Virus record (IMG/VR): IMGVR_UViG_3300035698_006513
DNA length: 64,000 nt
DNA from: a virus
Reading direction: 5' to 3' (one strand)
This document shows positions 11,801-20,507 of this stretch, in pieces; positions within the stretch are counted from its first letter, which is position 1; each line of letters starts with the position of its first letter. The notes beneath the pieces are model-generated. The model searched no databases, was not told the DNA's origin, and saw nothing but the letters and a program-made list of their open reading frames with translations. Made by a program: the position numbers and the translations under genes.

Positions 11801-12278
11801 TGTGCCTGGACATGATACGATTGGAGTCTTGTTGGAACCGGGCTCCTCTATAAATAGCTGAACCTGCAGCAGAAACTGCTTTGTACCCGAGATACTGTGG
11901 GGCAAACGCAGCAGCCCCTGCTAACAAAGACCCGCCTATACCACGTGCCCCTACAGAACCAATGGCGCTAGCGTACTTACCTGCTCCCCATAATGATTTG
12001 GCATCTGCGTAGTTAGCACTAGAGGTCAGTCCGCTCCACGCACCTTTGATACCTGATATACCTGCGCCGAAGGCCATACTGCCCCCCACGATACCTCCCA
12101 TAACACTGACTCCGCCCATACCAACCATAGTACCAGCAGCTTTACTTGCTATACCGTATGAGTACGGATCATTATCTCCGTGCCTAAATGATCCAGTTGC
12201 CTGCCTACCGTATATTGAGGGCATGTCATGTCTGGGGTATGAGCCTACTCGTGCCGCAATTTGTTCGCTAGTAATCAT
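8805..12278 (-). CDS. Tail tape measure protein
   Basis: 1157 aa, Ala/Gly/Met/Ser-rich, helical; precedes baseplate-like genes; GGAGG RBS. Confidence 0.75.
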   Translation of the reverse strand: MITSEQIAARVGSYPRHDMPSIYGRQATGSFRHGDNDPYSYGIASKAAGTMVGMGGVSVMGGIVGGSMAFGAGISGIKGAWSGLTSSANYADAKSLWGAGKYASAIGSVGARGIGGSLLAGAAAFAPQYLGYKAVSAAGSAIYRGARFQQDSNRIMSRHMRFQNNSSSRTGFGASTEQMRGVSQMVTKMADKDSLRSRDELMRVMDKLGQSDFFQSTTSVDKFSGKFKKLVKTLTHMARSFGTSLEEAVPLMAAMKHSGIYSNKAQMQTARQIRMSGLSPQMAMSAMQGGAAIGRASGGHGGAAAEGTLTMMRQLRSMTQMKGIGKRTSNLMTEITGGQTGEQAMASTSQRMSALTLKFLKGPLGRMALAGLANKDMTGMDGGSMELLLNKRMSLSELRKRGFKNTASMGNKAKFVNREGDLRTAFLKQGGMTGMASLVHSAFRSKILKGSSNADIQELIMSRFTGGNRREAQLLQTAMQKLPQMRRDMTRAGIRQGDLHYRAYMGRERFSGDAIKRRAGSFMRRTFSRPLERLGQNIYSGLNDSFRGMIDDMTGTTSAHVTGQAASSFHKAAGGSASAMSDLKRRIGVGDGRPSAGLDLQRRRGTVDSLRDFGIDSSLSGSLPMSIIGVAIQGLVGKRRNDLGDNLHQMIGTNTLKGYGAQQRSMGKQGDLAIIHRTDARGRLMQSNGDDNRISQALVISKSQLHRVISLEKRRASGQRAAEIVRKFTDPKDKSAANKAAAMIRTNIINNSDVMNKLRNASPSERRQIMRKEFRKIAKPGTSVGKWVNRIAGDNEYKGVGAGAAQNQAMDDAINVAETALQKVGIDSQSRYVSGDMGDSYNTVKAAQAAQKDALDALGWAGRGKSVGDAAQYLTGGGIDERKFLQNSDLFKSENLISNTVMRHAAGGMKLTKAQENAKDRIIGSKGGEMNIGGHTLQENQVDMLRNILQRAPESGALGGLFGKSFTKEKYKKWRDSIHAQNQIGIATQVNRFGAGAVRALKGMKNPLASKLTDFAESLTTVRSKADIIGLAGGDKFGVIAEDFSSLGKKKQGEMLSQLRKRGSFGSAISGALQAYITKDGTNEEKRKAAGSTLLSTAVGKGKVTVGARKSLDNALTVWNDYVRANQRFVDAVSVALKDKDLAGISASLKSKRKVTT

Positions 12279-12372
12279 TATTACCTCCGTTTTACCTGAC
12301 TATACCACACAAAATACGGGTCCGGTAACGCGTATTTGGCATAAGAATACAGTAAGAATACGATAACAATCA

Positions 12373-13173
12373 ATGGAGGTAAAGGATATGTTGAGTATTG
12401 CCGCTGCGAGTCTCGTCACCGCAGTGGCGTTGCCACTGTATAGGTGGTGGCAGAGTGACAGGACCGAAACCAGCTCCCTGCTTCGTGCAGGTAGCGCTGT
12501 CGTCCCCGCTTTGGGCGTGGCGACAACCGTCGTGGGATATTATGAGCACATGGCTCAGATGGTTGAAGCATCTGAGCGGATGGAACTGAAGCTTCTTCGC
12601 CAGAAGGGTGAGGAAGTAGAAGTAGTACACACCATTATGGTGCCGCAAGGCATCGTGGACATGCTGGGGAGAGCTGTCATCCATACCGCGTTCGCAGGTA
12701 TGGATGAGGAGAGTGAGGAGCGAACTTTAGTTTGGGGGAGAAAGGGATGGGCACTGTCAGAGGAGGAAATAGAACTCCTCCTCGAATGGTTCCGAAGCAA
12801 CCTAATGCAAAGAAAAGACTTAGTCTTGCAGGCTACTATAGCCATCACAAGACTATTCTCTGCATTGGGTAAAAAAGCACTGAATCGTTCTATCGAAGTA
12901 ATGGTGCCCCATCTTCTGGATGCGTACGGAGTACCGGAAGCGGATGTACGTAGAGCAGTGGCATCAGGGCTGCTCGCCAATTCCAAGGATGGTCAGAAGG
13001 CCATCATAGAACACAGATCAGCTGCCATCGAAAACCTTGAGAACAAGGTTTTCGCTATGCAGGCAAACCTCTGTGGAGAAACTGTGGACGCAATGTCCGC
13101 AGCGAAGCGAAAGGTCGATAGTCTAGATATGTCTATGCTCGTATTGAGCATAGAAGATTCTAGACCGCAGTAA
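12373..13173 (+). CDS. Hypothetical membrane-anchored helical protein
   Basis: N-terminal hydrophobic segments; preceded by GGCATAAG motif and followed by terminator. Confidence 0.7.
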   Translation: MEVKDMLSIAAASLVTAVALPLYRWWQSDRTETSSLLRAGSAVVPALGVATTVVGYYEHMAQMVEASERMELKLLRQKGEEVEVVHTIMVPQGIVDMLGRAVIHTAFAGMDEESEERTLVWGRKGWALSEEEIELLLEWFRSNLMQRKDLVLQATIAITRLFSALGKKALNRSIEVMVPHLLDAYGVPEADVRRAVASGLLANSKDGQKAIIEHRSAAIENLENKVFAMQANLCGETVDAMSAAKRKVDSLDMSMLVLSIEDSRPQ

Positions 13174-13210
13174 CGAAATCCATATCCTCCTCCTATGGAT
13201 TTCGTTTCTT
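13172..13210 (+). terminator. Rho-independent terminator
   Basis: 13-bp perfect inverted repeat AACGAAATCCATA / TATGGATTTCGTT with T-rich tail. Confidence 0.75.
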
Positions 13211-13259
13211 AGCATATTGACTTACCTAGGGTAACTGTACGAAAATATCCGACATTACT

Positions 13260-13664
13260 ATGGAGGTGTACATGATACATTTTATGGCGGGTTTACAGAT
13301 CACTGATGTCACATCATATCTTATCGCTTCTGGGTCATTAGCGTTAGCCGTATTGTTTATACGTAAGTGGATAAACCGTATAGACAAGCGCGTAGACACA
13401 GCAGACGCGGCACTGAAGAGTGCTAAAGTTGCTACAGATGACCTACAGAGTGAAGTAGATGGGTTGAAAGCAGAGGTGGCTACACTAAGAGACGAGATTG
13501 TGCTTAAGGAGGCTACTGCGAAACTGGAAGGGAAAGTTGACGTTATTACGGGATTGGTATCGAATGCTACGAAAGTAAACCATGACCTGATGCGTGAGCA
13601 GATAGACAGTGTTCGCAGAGAGTTTCAGCGAAGTCTCGAAGAGGATAAAAATGCCAAATCTTGA
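13260..13664 (+). CDS. Single-TM coiled-coil protein (holin-like or kinase partner)
   Basis: TM YLIASGSLALAVLFI followed by about 90 aa of heptads. Confidence 0.65.
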   Translation: MEVYMIHFMAGLQITDVTSYLIASGSLALAVLFIRKWINRIDKRVDTADAALKSAKVATDDLQSEVDGLKAEVATLRDEIVLKEATAKLEGKVDVITGLVSNATKVNHDLMREQIDSVRREFQRSLEEDKNAKS

Positions 13665-14409
13665 TTCGTGCCCATCAAAAGATTTGATAATTACTGCGAG
13701 AACCCGGCCACTAAGTCCCGAAGAGAGAGACTGTGTAAACAGTTGTCAGTTTGGTGATATAGCAGAGCAATTTGTAAGTATCACACACGACCTAAAGTCG
13801 CCACTACGACACATATCATACTACTTGAATATGGCGATAGAGAGGGCTACAGAAGTAGAGCCAGATACGCAGTTACTAGATTATCTACTGAAGGGTGATG
13901 AGACTATCGACTCGGCATTACGACTCATCAGTAACTTGATGGAGTACTTCGACCCTAAAAGGGGTAAGGATACTTTTAGGATGAACTCGGTGCTAAGAGA
14001 GGCAATTACGTTACAAAACGGCAGCATGGATCGAACCGGAGCAAAAATAAGCATACCTGATGAAGATGTTTATGTGGAATTCAACAGAAAGCATTTGATA
14101 CGCATCTTGTCTAATCTGATTAACAACTCACTAAAGTATAAACATCCCGACCGCGAACCTCGTATAAACATATCTACGTCCAGCTGTGACGACAGGCTAA
14201 CTATCCGATACCAAGATAACGGTATCGGTATTAGCAAGGAACACTGGGAATGGGTATTTGAAATGTTCATGCGGGGTAATCACGATCAAGATGGTTCAGG
14301 GTTAGGTTTAGCACTATGTAAGAAGTTGCTAAAAAAAGAGGGCGGGGACATACGCATATCTGACTCAAGTGATGCAGGCACCACGTTCGAGTTCTTTATC
14401 CCAAAATAG
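13651..14409 (+). CDS. Histidine kinase (HisKA + HATPase_c) without a sensor domain
   Basis: H box THDLKSPL, N box NLINNSLKY, G1 DNGIGI, F box VFEMF, G2 GSGLGLA; GAGGA RBS before ATG 13651. Confidence 0.93.
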   Translation: MPNLDSCPSKDLIITARTRPLSPEERDCVNSCQFGDIAEQFVSITHDLKSPLRHISYYLNMAIERATEVEPDTQLLDYLLKGDETIDSALRLISNLMEYFDPKRGKDTFRMNSVLREAITLQNGSMDRTGAKISIPDEDVYVEFNRKHLIRILSNLINNSLKYKHPDREPRINISTSSCDDRLTIRYQDNGIGISKEHWEWVFEMFMRGNHDQDGSGLGLALCKKLLKKEGGDIRISDSSDAGTTFEFFIPK

Positions 14410-14419
14410 GAGATGGCCT

Positions 14420-14836
14420 GTGACTCGACCTATACTCAAGATACTTATAGTGGATGATAGTCCCGTGGATGCAGATATGGTATGCAAGGCGCTGGATGCT
14501 ATAGATGTTGCAATTAAAACGGTTGTACACAACAGCGGATTATCAGCAATAGAATATCTGAACACAACAGAGGAATTGCCTAATCTGGTGTTACTAGATT
14601 TGCACATGCCTCCGCCGAACGGTATGGAAGTGTTAAGACAAATACGGAAGGATACGAAACTGCAGTCTATACCTGTAATCATGCTCAGTGGAACACACAC
14701 TGACGATGTGATCCGAGATGCCTATGCGCTAAACATAAACGCGTACGTAGTGAAACCTGGTAGTTACCGCGCGTTTATGCGAGTCGTAAAGTGCATAGCT
14801 GACTTCTGGCTATGCACCGATATACGACTCCCTTAA
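14420..14836 (+). CDS. Stand-alone receiver-domain response regulator (Rcp1/CheY-like)
   Basis: ILIVDD, LLDLHMP (phospho-Asp), IPVIMLS, YVVKP, C-terminal FWL as in phytochrome-linked Rcp1 proteins. Confidence 0.93.
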   Translation: MTRPILKILIVDDSPVDADMVCKALDAIDVAIKTVVHNSGLSAIEYLNTTEELPNLVLLDLHMPPPNGMEVLRQIRKDTKLQSIPVIMLSGTHTDDVIRDAYALNINAYVVKPGSYRAFMRVVKCIADFWLCTDIRLP

Positions 14837-15369
14837 CTAGCTACTAATGTTACCTCCTCCTTCCGGTACATCCCTACTTTTTTAAGAGACACACCCGAAC
14901 TTATAATCTTGGATACAGTATTGAGGGCCTCCCCCCTAGTTCTTCTCCAAAGCATTCTATCTGTCCCCCCTTTAGGGTGTACGACAAGATAGCTCGCCAT
15001 CTCGGGTACGGAAATACCTTGTACTTCCGCCCTGCGTTTTCTTTCTTCAAACAGCTCATCAGTCAGTGCTGTGCGCACCACGAAATCACCTCCGTACCTG
15101 TCATCCTTTGTGATGATCAGGTGCGCACGCTTCTTCAGATTTGGATTTTCCAGCACTGCTCTATACAGATAGGGGTCATCTCCTAACAGAGGACAATCAT
15201 TTTTGCCCTCTTCCTTTGTAATTTCCGCCACGGATGCCTCCGCAGCCAGGTCTCTGATTTGTTGGTCGGTGATGTCAAACGCACCACATCTGTCTTCAGC
15301 CTTAAGCTGGGACAGTGCATGGGCAGTTACGCCTACAATCATACTAGTATATGCTTGTTCCTTGCACAT
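14833..15369 (-). CDS. Hypothetical protein
   Basis: AGGAG RBS and GGTATAAG motif upstream. Confidence 0.7.
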   Translation of the reverse strand: MCKEQAYTSMIVGVTAHALSQLKAEDRCGAFDITDQQIRDLAAEASVAEITKEEGKNDCPLLGDDPYLYRAVLENPNLKKRAHLIITKDDRYGGDFVVRTALTDELFEERKRRAEVQGISVPEMASYLVVHPKGGTDRMLWRRTRGEALNTVSKIISSGVSLKKVGMYRKEEVTLVAS

Positions 15370-15491
15370 ATTACTCCTATACTTACCCGTCGGATTCTTA
15401 TACCTATAATTCGTCTATTTCTATTATAAGTGTAATTGTATATATTACACACACACTACGTTCCTATTATATAACATGAAGGAGACTCGAT

Positions 15492-16292
15492 ATGTACTTA
15501 ACCATCCCCAAGGGAATTGATTTTAACACCGAGCACGGCTTCTTGTCACTACTCCCATCCGAAGAAAAGTTGGACATGTGGCAGCTCGTTCAGCGAGAAA
15601 AGATGTTACGGCAGTACCGAAACAGAGAACCGTACGCATGGACAGGTGGACACGATGGCTGCACGGAAGACCATTACTATCGTGCGTACAATATACTCAA
15701 AGACCACGGAAGAGACGGTGTTTTCTGTTGTGGCCTGTCGCTAGAAAATCTGTTCATGTCACACAAAGAGTGGATGGGGCAGGACTTCGAGTCAGACATC
15801 GACCTAACCCTCAAACAGATGAAGGAGATCAAAGCGTATTTCTTTGTATATAGAGACGCGGCACGTACGTATGTAGAAGGTTCGGGTAGAGGTATCGAGT
15901 ATATGGGACGTATGCTAAAACGAAGATGGGATGAAGCCAAGCAAAAAAGTCCATCAGATTATGGCGAGAGTTTCGCTGAGGATGCTGGTCTTGATTTCAA
16001 ATATCACACTGACCCTTATAAGGCGAAGTTCGGAGCATACGTACAAATCCAGAATGAGCCAGATCTACTTAAAGACCCAATGGGGCACGCTGGAGTATTC
16101 GTGGGATTAGAGCAGCGCACCTCAAGTAGTGGGCAACAATACGATGCTATCCGGATATTCCAAGCTCGCGGACAAGCTGACTACGGAATGGAGTCAGGTG
16201 TAAATTTCGGATGGTTCAAGATAGGCAAGACGAGTAAGAACTCTAGATATACGCGTAAATTCCACTTTGGGGAAATTAGCGAAGGAGGATGA
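15492..16292 (+). CDS. Putative NlpC/P60-CHAP-like Cys/His peptidase (candidate endolysin)
   Basis: Y-x-W...GVFCCGL (Cys) and GHAGVFVG (His) followed by beta strand IFQA; adjacent 2-TM protein. Confidence 0.55.
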   Translation: MYLTIPKGIDFNTEHGFLSLLPSEEKLDMWQLVQREKMLRQYRNREPYAWTGGHDGCTEDHYYRAYNILKDHGRDGVFCCGLSLENLFMSHKEWMGQDFESDIDLTLKQMKEIKAYFFVYRDAARTYVEGSGRGIEYMGRMLKRRWDEAKQKSPSDYGESFAEDAGLDFKYHTDPYKAKFGAYVQIQNEPDLLKDPMGHAGVFVGLEQRTSSSGQQYDAIRIFQARGQADYGMESGVNFGWFKIGKTSKNSRYTRKFHFGEISEGG

Positions 16293-16293
16293 T

Positions 16294-16851
16294 ATGAGTA
16301 AGTTTTCTCTCGGAGGACTCATGAACGCTCTTATAGGAGAACCGAGGGACTCTACAGGTAGACATAATAATATGTTCTTCTTATTCGTGCTGGCGTTTCT
16401 TGTTATGATCGTCGCATTTATGGGAGCGATCTTTTATAGGACATCCATATATATCATAGACCTAAGATGTCCCGTAGCTTCCGCAACATCCACCACTACT
16501 ACAAGCAAAAAACCAACAAGATCGGAAAGAAGAAGAACGAGACTAGTAAATAAGGGGTCTAACGCTAGTACACGTAGGTACAAGGTGAGCTGCTCAGACA
16601 AGTCAATCTATATCAATGCTACGCTGCAGCCGCCACCTACGTTACCAGACGCCTTCTGGTATGTCATGCTAGCTGTGTTTATGTTCTTAGGTATCATATA
16701 CGCAGTAGTGAGACACCCCTCCACACAGAAATTTGGAGTCGATATGGTGTACGCGTATAAAGGTGTACCTAGATCTGGTGTAGAATCTGCAAAACAGACC
16801 TCCGGACTGCAACCTCCCCCCACAGAAATACCTCAATCAGATCAACACTAA
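16294..16851 (+). CDS. Two-TM membrane protein (holin-like)
   Basis: TMs FFLFVLAFLVMIVAFMGAIF and FWYVMLAVFMFLGIIYAVV; AAGGAGG RBS. Confidence 0.55.
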   Translation: MSKFSLGGLMNALIGEPRDSTGRHNNMFFLFVLAFLVMIVAFMGAIFYRTSIYIIDLRCPVASATSTTTTSKKPTRSERRRTRLVNKGSNASTRRYKVSCSDKSIYINATLQPPPTLPDAFWYVMLAVFMFLGIIYAVVRHPSTQKFGVDMVYAYKGVPRSGVESAKQTSGLQPPPTEIPQSDQH

Positions 16852-16965
16852 AGACGCCATCCACTACCTCAGAACATTTACATTGAAATCTGCACCATAG
16901 TACATTTTACGTCTTTCCTCTTGCGCAAGTATGCGCGTTTATTAACCGACAGGCGGGACAATATC

Positions 16966-18825
16966 ATGCAATATTCGGCACTTACTGGTTCAAGTTTGCT
17001 GTCAGACCTAATCGTGTATCTCAAGTACGGACGTTACTTACCTCATGCCCAAAGGAGAGAGGTATGGGATGAGATATGTGATCGTGGCGGAGACATGCAC
17101 GCAGACCGATGGCCTCATATAGAAGATGACATACGGGAGGCGTTTCAGGCGAAGAAGGAGAAGAAAATTCTATCGTCTATGCGTGCAGCGCAGTTTGCAG
17201 GAGCAGCTGCGGTCAAAAAACCCAATAGACTATATAACTGCGCGTATTTGCCTATGTTGGATGTAAAGGCGTTCAGTGAGTTATTTTACAATCTATTGTG
17301 TGGATGCGGTGTTGGTTACAGTGTGCAGAGTAGGCACATACAACAACTCCCTGCCATAAACGGCACCAGTACCAAAGAATACGCATACATCGTACCAGAC
17401 ACCATTGAGGGTTGGTGTGATTCCTTGCTCTCCCTCATAGAAGCTTATACCTACTGTCTACATAAACCTATATTCGACTTCTCTAAAATACGACCAGAGG
17501 GTTCCCCACTCATAACCAGCGGAGGAAGGGCACCAGGTCCCGATCCGCTTAAACTGGCGCTGCAAAGATGCGAACTTATTCTAAGAGGTGCTAGGGGACG
17601 TAAGCTGAGTTCTCTGGAAGTACACGACATATGTTGCCATGTAGCTGACGCCGTTCATGCGGGTGGAATACGAAGAGCAGCTATGATCGCGTTCTTTGAC
17701 CGTTGTGACACAGCGATGCTTACGTGTAAATCTGACACTTGGTGGGAGGACCACCCACAACGAGGTAGATCAAACAACTCTGCCGTATTTGTACGAGGAG
17801 AAGTTACACAACAAGACTTTATGGACTTCTGGGAAATCGTAGTAAGTAACCAGACAGGTGAGCCTGGAATATTCTGGACTAACGACCCAGATGATCTCGC
17901 CAATCCCTGTGTCGAGATCTCACTACCTGAGTACGGTTTCTGTAACCTAACAACAGTGAATGGTAGTAATTGTGTAGACGAGGCGGACTTTTTTCACCGT
18001 GTGAGAATGGCAGCGAGAATAGGTACACTCCAGGCTGGGTGGACAGCATTTCCCTATCTGAGACCTCAGTGGCAGAAGTCCGCAGAGAAACTTGCGTTAC
18101 TAGGTGTATCCATTACAGGCATCACAGACGGAAACGTGCAACAATACGACTTGAGAAAGGCAGCCCAAATCGTACTAGACGAAAACGCGTACATAGCTGG
18201 TAAACTGGATATGAATCTGGCGCATCGCACCACAACAGTGAAACCAGAAGGCACTGGATCATTAGTGCTTGAGTCAAGCAACGGTGTCCACACACGAGAA
18301 GCGGAGCACTACTTTAAATGTCTGCGTATAGGTAAAAATGAACCTGTATACCCATACCTACTACAGAACCTACCGGATCTTGTTGAGGACCTCGAGTCTG
18401 ACCCACGTAGTATGGCTATTGTACGTATGCCTGTAGCAACCAAAGGTAAACTTACCAAAAGTCAAGAGAATCCACTACAACTACTAGAGAGAGTGAAGGA
18501 TCTACACACCAGATGGGTACGTCCTGGACACAGAGAAGGACTGAACACACATAATATTTCGTGCACAGTTTCCATCAAAGATGGTGAATGGGCTGAAGTA
18601 GGTAAGTGGATGTGGGAAAATAGGGATTCTTATAATGGTTTGGCTACATTCCCTTGGTATGGTGGTACCCACAGACAGTTACCAATAAGCCCTTGTACAG
18701 AAACGGAATATAACAACGCCACAAGACAGCTAAGAAAATTGGACCTCCGCGAGGTAACAGAACTTGAGAACAATGTCAAGTTCGAGGCGGAGTCCGCATG
18801 TGCTGGTGGTATGTGTGAGCTATAG
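16966..18825 (+). CDS. nrdJ: Class II (B12-dependent) ribonucleotide reductase
   Basis: YNCAY, GCGVGYSV, GGIRRAAMI, NPCVEI, FCNL, TTVKPEGT, C-terminal ACAGGMCEL; no small subunit gene nearby. Confidence 0.92.
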   Translation: MQYSALTGSSLLSDLIVYLKYGRYLPHAQRREVWDEICDRGGDMHADRWPHIEDDIREAFQAKKEKKILSSMRAAQFAGAAAVKKPNRLYNCAYLPMLDVKAFSELFYNLLCGCGVGYSVQSRHIQQLPAINGTSTKEYAYIVPDTIEGWCDSLLSLIEAYTYCLHKPIFDFSKIRPEGSPLITSGGRAPGPDPLKLALQRCELILRGARGRKLSSLEVHDICCHVADAVHAGGIRRAAMIAFFDRCDTAMLTCKSDTWWEDHPQRGRSNNSAVFVRGEVTQQDFMDFWEIVVSNQTGEPGIFWTNDPDDLANPCVEISLPEYGFCNLTTVNGSNCVDEADFFHRVRMAARIGTLQAGWTAFPYLRPQWQKSAEKLALLGVSITGITDGNVQQYDLRKAAQIVLDENAYIAGKLDMNLAHRTTTVKPEGTGSLVLESSNGVHTREAEHYFKCLRIGKNEPVYPYLLQNLPDLVEDLESDPRSMAIVRMPVATKGKLTKSQENPLQLLERVKDLHTRWVRPGHREGLNTHNISCTVSIKDGEWAEVGKWMWENRDSYNGLATFPWYGGTHRQLPISPCTETEYNNATRQLRKLDLREVTELENNVKFEAESACAGGMCEL

Positions 18826-19342
18826 TGACCGTCATATGCTTATTAGATAGAATTAGCCATTTATATCCCAACTATCGGGTATAAGATAATAGAGAAGCAC
18901 TACACTAATAATCCTTCTCTCTGGCCACAACGTAACATCCAGTTGCTAATGTTACGATATACATGGAGAGCTATCATGCTCAAATGTAATGTATACCTTC
19001 TCAGTGCTGGCCTCGTAACTGGTTTCCTCTGTTCTTCCGAAGAGGAAGGGTGGGGCATCCTGCGAGAACGCTTCGCAGGACAAAGTGCTCAGTTTTGGGC
19101 CGAAGTAGACATCTACTTCGTATCCCAGTAATTCTGTGTCCATAACGTAACACCCGTCTTAGTAGTAGATGATGGGTGTTACATAACCATGATAGGAGTA
19201 TACATCATGGCTAACAAAAACTGTGTCCTTCTCTCCACTACACTTCTCCTCGGCGACGGTCTCATATACACGTCTCTCCACAGTCAGATGGTGGTCTTCT
19301 GCTAGCTTACCAATAAGCTCTCTTACCCTTCCTACTCTTCTC

Positions 19343-19588
19343 TCAAGTGCCATCGTGCACATCTACATACTCCCATACCCAATGGTCATCGAGGAAAATT
19401 TCCTCGAACAAACCAATTAGCTCCGCTTGAGTGGTGTCATCTGTGTGTAACTCGATCACGCTGCCCTCAACAATTGCACCAACAAGATAAAACAAATCCG
19501 CTCCAATAACGGAGAATGTCTCAGTGGTGTCCATAAGCGCTTCGTAAAGCTCCTTAATATGTATCAATTTTTCTGCGGATTCGTACAT
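19343..19588 (-). CDS. Small acidic hypothetical protein
   Basis: AGGAG RBS; 81 aa. Confidence 0.6.
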   Translation of the reverse strand: MYESAEKLIHIKELYEALMDTTETFSVIGADLFYLVGAIVEGSVIELHTDDTTQAELIGLFEEIFLDDHWVWEYVDVHDGT

Positions 19589-19685
19589 ACTTACAGTCTC
19601 CTAACAAGAGGTTAACTTTACTAATATAGAGGCAACGATTATGCCCCATATTAGTATAGCAGAGACGGTAGGCGATTTAAATCGC

Positions 19686-20411
19686 CTACCCATTGTTCGC
19701 CTCTTTCTTGTGTGAAGAGGATTCGCGTAGGATACGTAAAGACTCAACCGCACCGTATTTTAACTTGATGTAGTTAATCTGACTTCTTATCCCCCCAGAG
19801 TTTACGTGTCTCGCTTCTCTCTCAGCCGTATCACGAACATAATCCGCAAGGAGAATAGAGCTAGTCTCCTTGATCGCATCTTCCCACACTTCATTTGCTA
19901 CAGCACCCAGCATCGTACATTCGTCCTGCTCTGACCACACTCTGCGAATAAATGGGTCAATATATCCCAACCCAGACACCAACGGTGCACACTCAGACTT
20001 TGATGAGTAGCGTATACCATCACTAAAAGATACGTATCCAGATGAGTTTGGGTGGTCCACCTGTATGAGTGTAAAAGTCATATCGGGGTAGATACGAGAT
20101 ATGTTATCAAACGCTAATACAGGTACCGTATCTGCAATGAACTCAAAAGAAGTCTCCACTCTACCGTGTGTACATACCGCGATTTGGGCATTACGCACTT
20201 TAATATCATCAGCTACCCCCCACGCCTCCATTCTTGCCTGCGCAAAGTTGGACATAAGGAGGTGTTCCTTACTCATTGGGGACAGGCGAGCGAAAGTAAT
20301 ACCATTCCCCATCACTATTCCCTGTGTGGCCCCCTTGGGAATAGGATTGCTCAAGAATTTTTCTGTGTCTACTGCGGTTCCGTTCGTTCGCACTTGCATA
20401 CGTACAGTCAT
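19686..20411 (-). CDS. Hypothetical protein
   Basis: AAGGAG RBS supports ATG at 20411. Confidence 0.7.
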   Translation of the reverse strand: MTVRMQVRTNGTAVDTEKFLSNPIPKGATQGIVMGNGITFARLSPMSKEHLLMSNFAQARMEAWGVADDIKVRNAQIAVCTHGRVETSFEFIADTVPVLAFDNISRIYPDMTFTLIQVDHPNSSGYVSFSDGIRYSSKSECAPLVSGLGYIDPFIRRVWSEQDECTMLGAVANEVWEDAIKETSSILLADYVRDTAEREARHVNSGGIRSQINYIKLKYGAVESLRILRESSSHKKEANNG

Positions 20412-20507
20412 TATTTCTCCTTGTAAGTGTACGGTTTGTCTCGACATCTTATGGCATAAAAATAAGCAGAACCGCGTAGAGCGAAGCCCTGCTTATTTAC
20501 AATGTGC

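Noticed and set aside
4366-12366. Many + strand ORFs opposite the tail genes (and similar shadow ORFs elsewhere)
   Set aside because: Antisense shadows of long genes, with no RBS or motifs.
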